64,000 nucleotides of DNA, taken from NCBI RefSeq assembly GCF_009914755.1, contig NC_060934.1. One strand, 5' to 3'. Shown piece after piece: positions 20,071-38,212 of the stretch. Position numbers and translations under genes: made by a program. This stretch comes from the human T2T-CHM13v2.0 reference genome, Homo sapiens. The notes below the pieces were generated by a model. The model ran no database searches. It was given only the letters and a program-made list of their open reading frames with translations, and was not told where the DNA came from. The number at the start of each line of letters is the position of its first letter. Position 1 is the first letter of the stretch.

Positions 20071-20403
20071 CGAAAGCAGTGGCTTTAATTGCTCCAGAGC
20101 CTGGTGCACAAAGTCACAGTGGGCTTCAGCATAGCCGTGGACACAGTTGGTGAAGAGGCCCTGGGCGTACTGGTGGAACTTGGGCAGCTCATCCAGCAGC
20201 TGTGCATTCAGGGCCTCATAGTTGTTCCGGGCCGACTGCAGCTCCTCCAGGGTCTTCTTGTCCTTTAGCTTTTCTGCCCGTTCTGTACAGTTATAGAAGT
20301 CCAGGAGCTTGTCAAAGCGTTTCTGTACCAGCTTATGGGGCCCTGTAAACATGCTCAGTAACTGATTTAAGGGGGAGATGACAAGCCGCTCTGTCCTCTC
20401 CTT
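20071..20403 (-). CDS. DNMBP: DNMBP exon 13 (333 nt), BAR domain
   Basis: ctacag|AAG GAG ... CTT TCG|gtgagt; [12 protein letters not shown]...KRFDKLLDF...[15 protein letters not shown] (amphiphysin-like BAR motif). Confidence 0.96.
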
Positions 20404-20863
20404 CTGTAGGGACGAGAAAGGCACATTGCTCAGCTGGACAGCATCCCACATTTGTGATTATCCAAGTCACTCTTAAGGCTGACTTTGTTGTGTCCTGAAC
20501 CACCTACTTCGTTTCTAGTACACAAGCTAAACCCATACAGATCTACAACAGTATTCTACTAACCCATCACTAGCCTCTACTTAAATACTCCACAAGACTT
20601 CTCACTAGATACCTTCAATTCCCACATCAAGGAGTATGTAAAATACACTAATCTCACTTGACCTCCTTGAGGTGATAAATGCTAAGCTGCACACTGATAT
20701 GATGTGTGCATTAGAAACCAGCCGTGAAGTTTACCTGGTAACATTTATTATGTGTACATGTCTACATAGCTTGAATTTAACTCCAGAGTTAGTTGTTACA
20801 TAAATCTGAGGTGGAATAACTTTCATACACTCATAAACCTTTAATCATAACTAGGTAATACCC

Positions 20864-22293
<1,430 letters not shown>

Positions 22294-22607
22294 CCTCTTC
22301 AAGTTATTATTCCTATAGTTGCTTTTATTTGATCAGAGTTCATTGCCTAGTTTTCCTTTGTCCTCTGAAACTAAATTAATCACAAGCTATTTTTTAAAAA
22401 ACCTGTTTGTACAGACACAGGTCCTACATCTCCCTTTAACTAACTGAAAGTCATGTTGTGAATATCAAACCCCAATATGAATATAGCTAAAGGATGACTA
22501 ATATGCCTGGTGCCCAGGGCCTGTGTCCGTGGAACTGACTTGCATGAGCTGATGTATTTGAGATGACCCTGGGAAGGGGGCCAACTTTTGAAGAAAAAGT
22601 TACTTAC

Positions 22608-22736
22608 AAAGTTTGTGAAGAGCTGGTCACTGATGTAGCGATGCACCCTCTCAAACTGCTCCAGGTCCCGGTGTCCTCTCTCCATGCACACATCCCACAT
22701 GCTCACAGCAGCCACCACTTTCACACATGCGGACTC
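22608..22736 (-). CDS. DNMBP: DNMBP exon 12 (129 nt), BAR domain
   Basis: ccag|GAG TCC ... AAC TTT|gtaagt; ESACVKVVAAVSMWDVCMERGHRDLEQFERVHRYISDQLFTNF. Confidence 0.95.
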
Positions 22737-22925
22737 CTGGAGCCAGTTAGGACAGACACAAGTCAGAACAGACAGAACTTTCCAGCTTTTGTCATACATT
22801 CCAAGACTGAATAGCAGTCTTGGAAAAATGAGTTCCATAATTTGAAATTTTCTAACTAGTCTGGTATTTTAGCTTTGAAATAAGCATATTTTCATAAACT
22901 ATGACTTACGGGGCACAGAGAAAGG

Positions 22926-23783
22926 CTAAGACTTTTAATTCTTAACAAAACTGTTGAGGGCTTTTATCATCTCTTTAGCATTCCCCTATGTCCCTAATAG
23001 GGTTTCTTAATTTACCAAAAACCAAATTATCAAATTAGAACCAAGATGATTCCTATAGGATTACGATAATGACCAGTCACCTCTCCTTCCTCAAGTCTTG
23101 GTTCATGCTGTCGCCATCTCAAAGACAACTGTCCTGCCATGTTACTGATCCTCAAAACCTGGTTTCCCATCCGACCCTGGCACTCCCAATAGCTCCTGCT
23201 GTGCTGCTTCCTTTTTTTGTCTTTGCAAAAAAATACTCTCTCACATGATTAGAATTGACTAATGCTTGCTTATTGTCATGATCTCCCTCACCCACCCTCC
23301 TAGTAAAAATGCGAGCTCCACAAAGGTAGAGACTTTTGTCTGTTTTGTTTGCTGACTCCACTATCACATAGTCAACTCCTCCTGACAGTGACTGAGTTTG
23401 AACTCCAGGTTGGTTTTCCAGGCTTTCTTTCGAGACCAGCCTGGCCAGCATGGTGAGACCCCATCTCTACAATGCTGGGCTGTAACCCAAACAAACTAAA
23501 TACTCCATTAGTCTATTTCAAGGGCAAAAAGAGAAAAGTCTAAGACTTTTAATTCTTAAAAAACTGTTGAGGGCTTTTATCATCTCTTTGGCATTCCCCT
23601 ATGTCCCTAATAGGGATTCTTAATTTAACAAAAAGTAAATTATCAAATTAGAACCAAGATGATTCCTATAGGATTAGGATAATGACCAGTTACCTCTCCT
23701 TCCTCAAGTCTTGGTTCATGCTGTCACCGTCTCAAAGACAACTGCCCTGCCATGCTACTGATCATCACAACCTGGTTTCCCAT
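22926..23783. repeat. Direct repeat of ~245 bp unique sequence (22926-23170 and 23540-23783)
   Basis: Hand alignment: 14 differences in ~245 nt (~94% identity). Confidence 0.95.
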
Positions 23784-24420
23784 TCCTAAGCAAAGTCCCT
23801 AAGCAAAACCATCAGTGCCTCATACATTGGTTTGATGCTTTATTTTTATATCATTTTTAGACCTTTTGTCTTTAATATTTATATCTGTATATATAAAGCC
23901 AGGGCTTCGTCAGTAAGATAACCCAGGGAATGTTGCTAATTCCTCTTGAGTGGGAGATCTAATGTGAAAAGTGATGTCCTCTTGTTTTCTTTTAAAGGAA
24001 TGTTATAAAGTCCCCAAATATCAGCCCATATGCCAATGTAGATACCAAATTATCCAGCCAATGGCCCTCAGCTTATGTTCTTGCTGGTTTTCTCGCTGTT
24101 AGTCAATCTAATTTTATTATTGGGCAGGCTTTTCATTTTGTGGCATGACAAAACTATTCAACATTTTCTCTCAATTTCTGTCAGCAGTCAGAACTAAATT
24201 GATACTTCCATCAGATGGTTTTCAACATTACATATATCCCAACCCAAAATGTATCAGTCACTGCTATGGAGGTGAGCCTTTTAAGGGCTGAGGGCTCAGG
24301 TATATAGTGTCACACTTTAGAAAACCTGGGGAGAAAATGGCCAACAGAGGGATATCAGCATGAGAGGGATATTAGGGGAAAGTCCTATGAAGCAGCAAGA
24401 CAAAGAAACATACTCAGTAG

Positions 24421-24729
<309 letters not shown>

Positions 24730-24932
24730 CTAGTTACATTTTTAAAACACAAGGGTGGAAGTTGGTTATTTACTCAATAAATGATAGGCCACTGGGTAAC
24801 CAGCTGGAAAAATAAAGTTGAATCCCTGCTTCAAACCTGATTTACTAAAGTCCAGACAGAGCAATGATTTAATCTTAAAACTTAAAAAAAGATTTTAAAA
24901 TCTTAAAAAATGGAATGATAAAAGTACTAGAA

Positions 24933-26559
24933 CTCCCTCTCCCTCTCCCCCTCTCCCTCCCCCTCTCCCTCTCCCCACCGTCTCCCTCTCTTTCCACGGT
25001 CTCCCTCTCATGCGGAGCCAAAGCTGGACTGTACTGCTGCCATCTCGGCTCACTGCAACCTCCCTGCCTGATTCTCCTGCCTCAGCCTGCCCAGTGCCTG
25101 CGATTGCAGGCACGCGCCGCCACGCCTGACTGGTTTTGGTGGAGACGGGGTTTCGCTGTGTTGGCCAGGCCGGTCTCCAGCCCCTAACCGTGAGTGATCC
25201 GCCAGCCTCGGCCTCCCGAGGTGCCGGGATTGCAGACGGAGTCTCGTTCACTCAGTGCTCAATGGTGCCCAGGCTGGAGTGCAGTGGCGTGATCTCGGCT
25301 CGCTACAACCTACACCTCCCAGCCGCCTGCCTTGGACTCCCAAAGTGCCGAGATTGCAGCCTCTGCCCGGCCGCCACCCCGTCTGGGAAGTGAGGAGTGT
25401 CTCTGCCTGGCCGCCCATCGTCTGGGATGTGAGGAGCCCCTCTGCCTGGCTGCCCAGTCTGGAAAGTGAGGAGCGTCTCCGCCCGGCCGCCATCCCACCT
25501 GGGAAGTGAGGAGCACCTCTTCCCGGCCGCCATCACATCTAGGAAGTGAGGAGCGTCTCTGCCCGGCCGCCCATCGTCTGAGACGTGGGGAGCGCCTCTG
25601 CCCCGCCGCCCCATCTGGGATGTGAGGAGCGCCTCTGCCCGGCCACGACCCCGTCTGGGAGGTGAGGAGCGTCTCTGCCGCCCCGTCCGGGAGGGAGGTG
25701 GGGGGGTCAGCCCCCTGCCCGGCCAGCCGCCCCGTCCGGGAGGTGAGGGGCGCCTCTGCCCGGCCGCCCCTACTGGGAAGTGAGGAGCCCCTCTGCCCGG
25801 CCAGCCGCCCCGTCCGGGAGGGAGGTGGGGGGGTCAGCTCCCCGCCCGGCCAGCCACCCCATCTGGGAGGTGAGGGGCGCCTCTGCCCGGCCGCCCCTAC
25901 TGGGACGTGAAGAGCCCCTCTGCCCGGCCAGCCGCCCCGTCCAGGAGGGAGGTGGGGGGGTCAGCCCCCTGCCCGGCCAGCCGCCCCGTCCGGGAGGTGA
26001 GGGGCGCCTCTGCCCGGCCACCACCCCGTCTGGGAGGTGTGCCCAACAGCTCATTGAGAACGGGCCAGGATGACAATGGCGGCTTTGTGGAATAGAAAGG
26101 CGGGAAAGGTGGGGAAAAGATTGAGAAATCGGATGGTTGCCGTGTCTGTGTAGAAAGAAGTAGACATGGGAGACTTTTCATTTTGTTCTGCACTAAGAAA
26201 AATTCCTCTGCCTTGGGATCCTGTTGATCTGTGACCTTACCCCCAACCCTGTGCTCTCTGAAACATGTGCTGTGTCCACTCAGGGTTAAATGGATTAAGG
26301 GCGGTGCAAGATGTGCTTTGTTAAACAGATGCTTGAAGGCAGCATGCTCGTTAAGAGTCATCACCAATCCCTAATCTCAAGTAATCAGGGACACAAACAC
26401 TGCGGAAGGCCGCAGGGTCCTCTGCCTAGGAAAACCAGAGACCTTTGTTCACTTGTTTATCTGCTGACCTTCCCTCCACTATTGTCCCATGACCCTGCCA
26501 AATCCCCCTCTGTGAGAAACACCCAAGAATTATCAATAAAAAAATAAATTAAAAAAAAA
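24933..26559 (+). mobile_element. Full-length SVA retrotransposon, SVA_F-like, antisense to DNMBP in intron 11
   Basis: (CCCTCT)n head, Alu-like domain (~25000-25350), GC-rich VNTR (~25350-26040), SINE-R (~26040-26540), AATAAA plus A tail; ending ...ctctgtgagaaacacccaagaattatcaataaaaaaataaatt as I recall for SVA_F. Confidence 0.95.
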
Positions 26560-27370
26560 TACTAAAACACGAGAATTTTTAAATGTTGGAACAGCAAAGT
26601 CCTTTCTACATATGACACAAAACTAAGAAGCCATAAAATGCAAGTTTAAACTCTTAAGCGGAGAAAACACTTTAAGCAAACTCAGAAGTCAATAAACTGA
26701 GGTAGGGGGAGGACATCTGCAAACCATCTCAGACAAAGGACTATATCCTCCAATAGATACAGAGATCAACAAACTGATAAAGATGCCAGAATATAGGTAA
26801 GTCACAGAAAAATATAATGATATAGACATATAAGAATATTCTCAACTCCATTCCTAATATAAGAAATGACAATTTAAACTATATTGAAATATTTTTTACC
26901 TCTCTTGCAGGCAAAGATAAAACCCACTGGTTTTGATAACACTGAGTTAGCAAGGGATATTCCTTGTGGAACTTTTCACCTTTACAACATCTCTGACATT
27001 TAACGGTAGTTGTCAAAATTTATACTGCCACAAGATTTGGCTCAGAAGTACACTGGCCTTCAGACAGACTCACATAGATCAGAAAATGATGTATCCACAA
27101 GGATATTCCTTGTATGACTAGTTCTAATCTTTTCCAACTACAAGCGATTTAAATATCTGCCAACAGGGGACTAGTTAAATATATTATGACTTGTCCACAG
27201 TGATATACTATGCAATTGTAAAGAACAATGGACCAAGGCCAGGCGCGGTGGCTCACGCCTGTAATTCCAACACTTTGGAAGACCAAGGTGGGTGGATCAT
27301 GAAGTCAAGAGATCGACACCATCCTGGCCAACATGATGACACCCCGTCTCTATTAAAAATACAAAAATTA

Positions 27371-27547
<177 letters not shown>

Positions 27548-28728
27548 TCACTTCTGAAATTTGATTAAGTGTGAAACCCAAGATGCTAGTGTATCTCCCA
27601 CCTACACACACATGAAATCTCTGATAGGAGGGAAGAACTTAATGGATGGTGACTGTCTCTACAGAAGGTGACAAGGTAGGAGGAATAATTATTTTTACTT
27701 AGCCCTTTGGTACCTTTAAATTTTATACCATTTTATTCAGTTTAAAAACTTTTTTTTTAAAAAAGTTAAGGATCCCTTTTAAGGAAATTCTTTTATAAGA
27801 TCAGATATTCAGGCTGGACATGGTGGCTCATGCCTGTAATCCCAGCACTTCGGGAGGCCAGTTTAAGACCAGCCTGGGCAACATAGTAAGACCTCATCTC
27901 TGCTTAAAAAAATTAGCCAGGTGTGGTGGTGTGCACCTGTGGTCCCAGCCACTGAGGTGGGAGGATTGCTTGAGCCCAGGACTTGGAGACTGCACTGAGC
28001 TATGATGGCACTATTGCACTCCAGTCTGGGTGAGAGAAAGAGACTCTGTCTCTAAAAGATCAGAGGGACAGGAGTATCCAGTACACTCACAGCATCCTAT
28101 ATTAAATCAATAGAGAAATTAGAGACAAGAATAGAAAGGATGGTGGTGCTGGTTCTGACCTCAGGGAGGAAGCATTGCTTGAGGCAAGGAAAGACCTAGG
28201 CTCACCTGATCTCCTTGGCTTCTCTAGATCTCAAAGCTGTTTATGGCTCTAATACCTTTAGAGGCCTTATTATAGCAACTGAATATTAATAAATTGGGAG
28301 CTGAAGTGATCAGAAAGCATACCACATAGGAACATTCTCTTACTCGTATTCACTGCTTGTTCTTTCTCGTTTACGTTTCCTGTTTACAGCTTCCTAGCTT
28401 TTGCATTCAATATTTGATTTTCAAACTGGTTTTGATAAAATGAACTGTAATAAGTAAAAGAAAAATAAGGTGTGTGTGGGATGAAGGGTGATGAAGACCA
28501 AAAAGAGGGTGGAAAAAGTTGGGCTGCTTTGAAATGAATGTGACAACATTGATCTAAATGCTATTACTGTTAAATAACCTACTGGCATCTCAACAAAAAG
28601 TATGATGGGGCATAATAGTAATTTGAGTCCAGATTACTCAGCATTCATTAAACAATATGACTGATGAACAGGAAAGGGGACAGAATTACATCGTATGTTA
28701 ATCTAACTACAGTGATGTTGACGCTCAC

Positions 28729-28833
28729 CCGGATGTGCTGGAGGTAGAGAGACAGGTCTCGGATAAAAGACTTAATCAATCTTTCTTGCATTCGGAAGTT
28801 TTTTTCTGTTTCTTCAAATACTTCATCTTTTAT
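28729..28833 (-). CDS. DNMBP: DNMBP exon 11 (105 nt), BAR domain
   Basis: aacag|ATA AAA ... ATC CGG|gtgagc; [35 protein letters not shown]. Confidence 0.95.
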
Positions 28834-30049
28834 CTGTTCAAAAATAAACAAGTGCTGTTAGCAAATCTGGACACTCCTTTAATCTTACTGGCAAAAGTAG
28901 CTTGCTTTTTTTTTTTTTTTTTTGTGGAGACGGAGTTTTGCTCTTGTCGCCCAGGTTGGAGTGCAATGGCATGATCTTGGCTCACTGCAACCTCCGCCTC
29001 CTGGATTCAAGCAATTATCCTGCGTCAGCCTCTCGCATAGCTGAGATTACAGGCTTGCATCACCACGCCCAGCTCATTTTTGTATTACTAGTAGAGATGG
29101 GGTTTCACCATGTTGGCCAGACTAGTCTCGAACTCCTGATCTCAGGTGATCCACCCCGCCTTGGCCTCCCAGAGTGCTGGGATTATAGGCATGAGCCACC
29201 ACGCCCAGCCAAAAGTAGCTTCCTTAAAAACATCTTTTGTTCAAATTTTAAACCTTTAATGTTTTCCTGAATCATAGTGAATTGATTTAAACACCTGCAT
29301 GTGGTTTCAAAAGACCTCCAAAATACACACAGGCCCTCCTTTAAACCTTCTTCGCAAGCCCTCTGCTCTGGCCAGGCTGCCCTCTTCACCCCAGCACTGC
29401 CATGTCTGCTGAACCTAGGACTGTTCCTCATGAGGTTCCCCTGCCTGGCAGGTCTTCTCCCTCCCTGTGGCATGCCTGCCCCCTTCCTATAAGGCTCAGG
29501 TCAACATGACTCTTGCTCTCACTGAACTGTTTTTCTAAAATACTACAGCATTTGGAGAACAAAATACAAAACCTAACAATGGACTATTTTCTGGCTTATA
29601 TTTTCCATGAATTGTACCTTAATATATATAGTATAGCAGAATGATGTCTGCAGACTTCAGGTCAACTTTCAGCATCGCCGATAAACTGTTTTTCAATCCA
29701 TTCAATCTCTTACACTTAACGTTTCCTTCTTTGTAACATCATGTATCCAACTAGGTGATCTCTTAAATTCCTGCTAGCTTAGTAAGTCTACAACTATAGT
29801 TTTGTCCCACCAAATCAATTATAAGCTCCTTAGAGGTGGTGAAAACTACCATAATTATTACATGTCAACTGATCTGACCCTCTAATTTGCCTTTGTAACC
29901 AGCAGCTGGAGGGCCCTGTCTCCACCAGCTCGTAAAACCGGAGGACGTCTGAGGAAGGGAACCACGCCAATTGACGCCAGGCAGGCTGTCTCATGGAGCC
30001 CTGAAAAACTGTCAAAGATGCGCTAAGCCTTCCAGGATGGGGATCTCAC

Positions 30050-30180
30050 CTGAGGAGCAAAGCCAGTGAGATGCTTCAGGTGACTGCTAACTCGGTTGGA
30101 TTTCTTGATGATGGAGTGGATGTTCAGTTTGGAAATTTTCTCCATAAGGCTATCTTCATCACCCTTACGGTACTTGAGGA
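30050..30180 (-). CDS. DNMBP: DNMBP exon 10 (131 nt)
   Basis: ctag|TC CTC AAG ... CCT CAG|gtgaga; [44 protein letters not shown]. Confidence 0.95.
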
Positions 30181-31362
30181 CTAGGGAGTAAGTCAGAAAA
30201 GCACTTTCCTCAGCATGGGCATACTACAAAATGAGCCATAAAATGAGATGAACACCCAAACGGGAGCTAGTCCTTGTCTTCAATGAGCTTATAACAAAAT
30301 ATTAATCCAAATAATGATTTATGGACAGACATGATATCTGAAGCACAGCAGAGAGACAATGGGCAGCCAGGAGAGGGGCCAGAGACAAGGAGGAAAACAG
30401 CAGAGGGTGTTAAGGGAAAGAACTTAAGGAAATCTGAAGTCAATGCCTGGGTCTGCCACTTAAGGTATGGCATTGAATCAGTCATTTTACCTTGAGTCTC
30501 ATTTTCCTCTTCAATAAAATGCAGAAAGCAATACTTGTAAGGCCATCTTAAATGGTGCCATACACAAATGAGATATTGATATCCAATCGTCTCCCATAGT
30601 AAAATGCTATACAGCAGTAATTTAATTACCATGTTAAACATTAGGCACAACCTACAGAAAAGTGTAGAGATAAAAGTAGAAGGGTGGCAAGGGGAAGACT
30701 GGGAGGCAGCAAAAAGGTATACCTGGTTGTAGAAGTTGGAGACTACATCGCATTAGGAGATTTGAACCAAGGGAAAGGGCTGGATGACCAGAGAGCTTTA
30801 GAAGCCACAGTCAACATCCCATCCTAATGCGGGTGACACAGTTGAAGTAGAAGGCAGAGAAATGATTTTAGATAACTTTAAAGTGTGGAGAAGAATGGAA
30901 AGACAAAAAGGTTACACTGTATTATATCTTGATATGAATAATAAATGAGCTCAGCACAGTCACTGTGCTATATATACTCACTGAATGCTCAAGTTAGGGC
31001 CTCAAGAGACCTGATGAGTGCATTCAGTGTTATGAAGAAGGAGTGGGTGGGTGGGCAACTGACTGTTTTAGGAGGGGAGGTGAGGGACTCAACCCAGAGA
31101 GGTCACTGGGCATGGGCAGTGAAGACAGGACAAGAAAGGTGAGCAGATTGGGGTTTTCTAAAAGACAAGAAGTCCTAGCTTTAGTAGAGGTAGTAAGACA
31201 TCCAATTAGACACTTAGAAAAAAGTCTATGCATGGACTCCAGAGGAGCTCCATAAATGAGGTGAGGAGGAAACTGCCCGTGCTCGAATAAAACTTCCCAT
31301 CACCTAGTCTCCACTGTCTTCATATCTCTTGAGAAAGGCTCTTATTGCTATATATTTTATTA

Positions 31363-31745
<383 letters not shown>

Positions 31746-31868
31746 TCATCACAGCCCTATTATACCTACCACCTGCCTTGTCCAACTCTAGCGAAGTAAT
31801 GAATTGTTTTGAGAAGAAAAGCATTCTCAAAGGGCATACCTCCTTTTCAGCAATTATGCTGTTCTTAC

Positions 31869-32068
31869 CCAGGTCCTTTCGCCGTTTATATTCATTAATG
31901 TTAACATTGATTTCCTTGACCGCAAGGACTGCATTGGTTAAAGGCACTTTATCTGGGTGGGATTCTGGGGTGGAATTCAGCAACTCCATTAGCAACAGCG
32001 GGTAACGCATTACTCTCTGTACTGGTTTGATGAGGAAGGAGCCCAGGTTAATATAATTTGTGCATCCC
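31869..32068 (-). CDS. DNMBP: DNMBP exon 9 (200 nt), C-terminal conserved region of the DH domain
   Basis: ttacag|G GGA TGC ... CTG G|gtaaga; [30 protein letters not shown]...[10 protein letters not shown] contains the DH motif LIKPVQRxxRYPLLL. Confidence 0.96.
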
Positions 32069-32525
32069 CTGTAAGAGAAGGAAAAAAGACTTTAGTAAGC
32101 TATCAATAATATAGCGCCCAGCCTGGGAACATCGTGAGACCCCACCTTAAAAAAAACTTTTTTTTAACATAATAATAATGTACACCTATGGGCAGGATTT
32201 GTTCCTAAATATTGCTCTCTATTCTTTTACCCTACTTTCCAATTTCAGTCATTCAACATGTATTCAACTAATAAACACCAGGTACTGTTCTAGGTGCTGG
32301 GGATTTAATAGTAACCCCAAAAGTCCCTGTCCTGGTAGGAGAAGATAGGCAATAAACAGATAAGTAAAGTGTTCCCTTGGGGATAAGTGCTACGAAAGAA
32401 AACCCAGCAAGGTGAGTCTACTTCTAGGTTTGTCTATAAAGGAAGAAAATACAGTTGCTTAAGAGTTAGTTAGGAAAAATCCACAGAAGAAATGAGCGCA
32501 TACATCAAGCAGCAATGGAACTTAC

Positions 32526-32543
32526 CATTCGTTGTATAGGCTC
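32526..32543 (-). CDS. DNMBP: DNMBP exon 8, 18-nt microexon (SLYNEW)
   Basis: ttgcag|G AGC CTA TAC AAC GAA TG|gtaagt; phase 2-2, joins the flanking exons in frame. Confidence 0.9.
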
Positions 32544-32656
32544 CTGCAAGGCAGTGGGCATGAAAAGAAAAGAGACAGTTTATTAGAGAGAGAATCTTGA
32601 GTTTCACATTCTTCTCAGAACATAAATCATGTGGGACAAAAAATTATGAATGTTTA

Positions 32657-32806
<150 letters not shown>

Positions 32807-33065
32807 CTATACTAAAAACATAAAAATTAGCTAGGCATGGTGGCACGTGCCTGTAATCCCAGCTACTGGGGGGCTGAGGCAGGGGATCGCTTGAACCCGG
32901 GAGGTGGAGGTTGCAGTGAGCTGAGAGCACCACTGCATTCCAGCCTGGACGACAGAGTGAGACTCTGTCTCTCCAAAAAATAAAAAAATAATAAAAAATA
33001 AAAAAGTTAGCCCCTAACTTCTCTTTGATCTACTTATCCATATATCTTTATACCTTGCTTCCCTA

Positions 33066-33437
<372 letters not shown>

Positions 33438-33703
33438 TTAGTCTTCTCACCTATGCTCTTGTTTATTTGGACCAAACCATCCTCTCCTGGCTGCTTTTTA
33501 ACCTGATAACGCTAACCTAATACTCTATACAGATAAAACTTATTCACATGGACAAAAATACAATCAGGAAACCACTTAAATGATATATATCATGGATATC
33601 TTATGTTTAAAATAAGATGTCATCATCAAGTCCAGGCATATACACAGGTATAACTTAGAGAACTAAAGAGCTGTAATGGAAGTTAAGTGGTCAAAACTCC
33701 TAC

Positions 33704-33851
33704 TTCAGATCTGCCAAGGAGTCCTGAAGATGCTTCTGGATCTTCTCATCCTTCTCGTAGATTTCAAGCAGCGCAATGGCCTCATCATGATTCTGGCAGT
33801 AAATCTTGTATGTTCCCTCAAGCTCATCCCGGTGACCAAGAAACACAGGTC
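33704..33851 (-). CDS. DNMBP: DNMBP exon 7 (148 nt), DH domain
   Basis: ccaaag|GA CCT GTG ... CTG AA|gtagga; [50 protein letters not shown]. Confidence 0.95.
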
Positions 33852-34088
33852 CTTTGGAATACACACAAACATACAGTGTTTTTAGTAAACTTTCTTCTCA
33901 GTATACTAAATGTAAGGTACACAGCCAAACTTTAGTACCAGCTAAATCCTACCTATTACAAGAAATGATACTAAGACTATCCATCAAATAGTAAGAAACT
34001 TCCATCTAACAGCTTAAAGTTGTAATCATTTAAAGGAAAATTTAGAAAGCCATGTCATCCATATATGTATGTATGCATTTTTTTTTGA

Positions 34089-34232
<144 letters not shown>

Positions 34233-34742
34233 TAGAGAGGGGGTTTCGCCATGTTGCCCAGGCTCATGTATTTGTTTTAGAACAAACACACACACACACA
34301 ATGTGACTGGCCTCTGAAACAGAGCCTCCAGTCCCTTTGCAGTCGAGCCAAGTCAGACATCTGAGAGCGTTCTCCATGTAGGGATGTAATGAGAACCCCA
34401 TAAGGAGGACCCCCTCAGTTTCTTATTTTTTTTTCCTGAGACGGAGTCTCTTGTCGCCCAGGCTGGAGTGCAGTGGCACATCTCGGCTCACTGCAACATC
34501 CGCCTCCCTGGTTCAAGTGAGTCCTCTGCCTCAACCTCCCAAGTAGCTGGGATTACAGGTACACACCACCATACCCAGCTAATTTTTGTATTTTTAGTAG
34601 AGACGGAGTTCTTCTACAGCAGCAGTTTCTAACATTTTTGTGCATAAATAAGACTGGATAAAGTATATTACATTAAAATACCTATAATGATAAATCCCCA
34701 ACTTATGATATAGTAACCTATATACTACTTTAGTTTTTTTGA

Positions 34743-34844
<102 letters not shown>

Positions 34845-34847
34845 TGA

Positions 34848-35036
<189 letters not shown>

Positions 35037-35687
35037 TAAATAACCAAATGTAGCACTGAGTCTAACAATCCCCATACTGTCACAGCTTGAGGAGTGACAC
35101 ACACTGGTAACATTGGCTGCCTCTGGTTGAGGGTTACTGAAATTTCAAGACATTTGCAACGACCTAATCTGACAGAAACATGTGACTTCTGTTGGTGACA
35201 AAGTCACAGCTACTACTATGTGACTTATTCCCTACATTCATACTTTAAATAAATGCTATATTTCAGTTAAAAACTAGTAAAAAAAATAAAGAGGTCATTT
35301 TTTTCCCTATCCCCAGACCCCTCATCTAAAGTCAGTTAGGCATAGGAACAGTTCCTAAGCAAACTTCTACAGAACAATTGCCTTCAGAGCTGTGGCCTGA
35401 ACGTGCGGGTCCCTGGCTTACTATGATGACTCTTCCTCTTGCCCTTCTTTCCTCCTCTCAGTGTATTTGGTGCTCCCTTCTTCAGCTCCATGTTCCACAA
35501 AAAAGAGCTCTCATCCTTGTTCTCCTCCCTCCAATATGATACTATTTACTGCTTCCCTACAACCAACCATCCCTACCAGCTGTCCAGGCACGACCCCTCC
35601 CCTCAGGGAGCCTATCGCTGCTTCTGTGGACTCACCTCTGTTCTCTCACTGTTGTGTCCCATGGAAGTCCCTGTTCTTGTGCAGAAC

Positions 35688-38212
<2,525 letters not shown>

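Noticed and set aside
25350-26040. Regularly spaced 35-50 bp repeats resembling a CRISPR array or a promoter CpG island
   Set aside because: SVA VNTR: tandem units with no unique spacers, no cas genes, eukaryotic context.
24895-26547. Many overlapping Pro/Gly/Arg-rich ORFs up to 156 aa
   Set aside because: Artefact of the GC-rich, stop-poor SVA VNTR and SINE-R.
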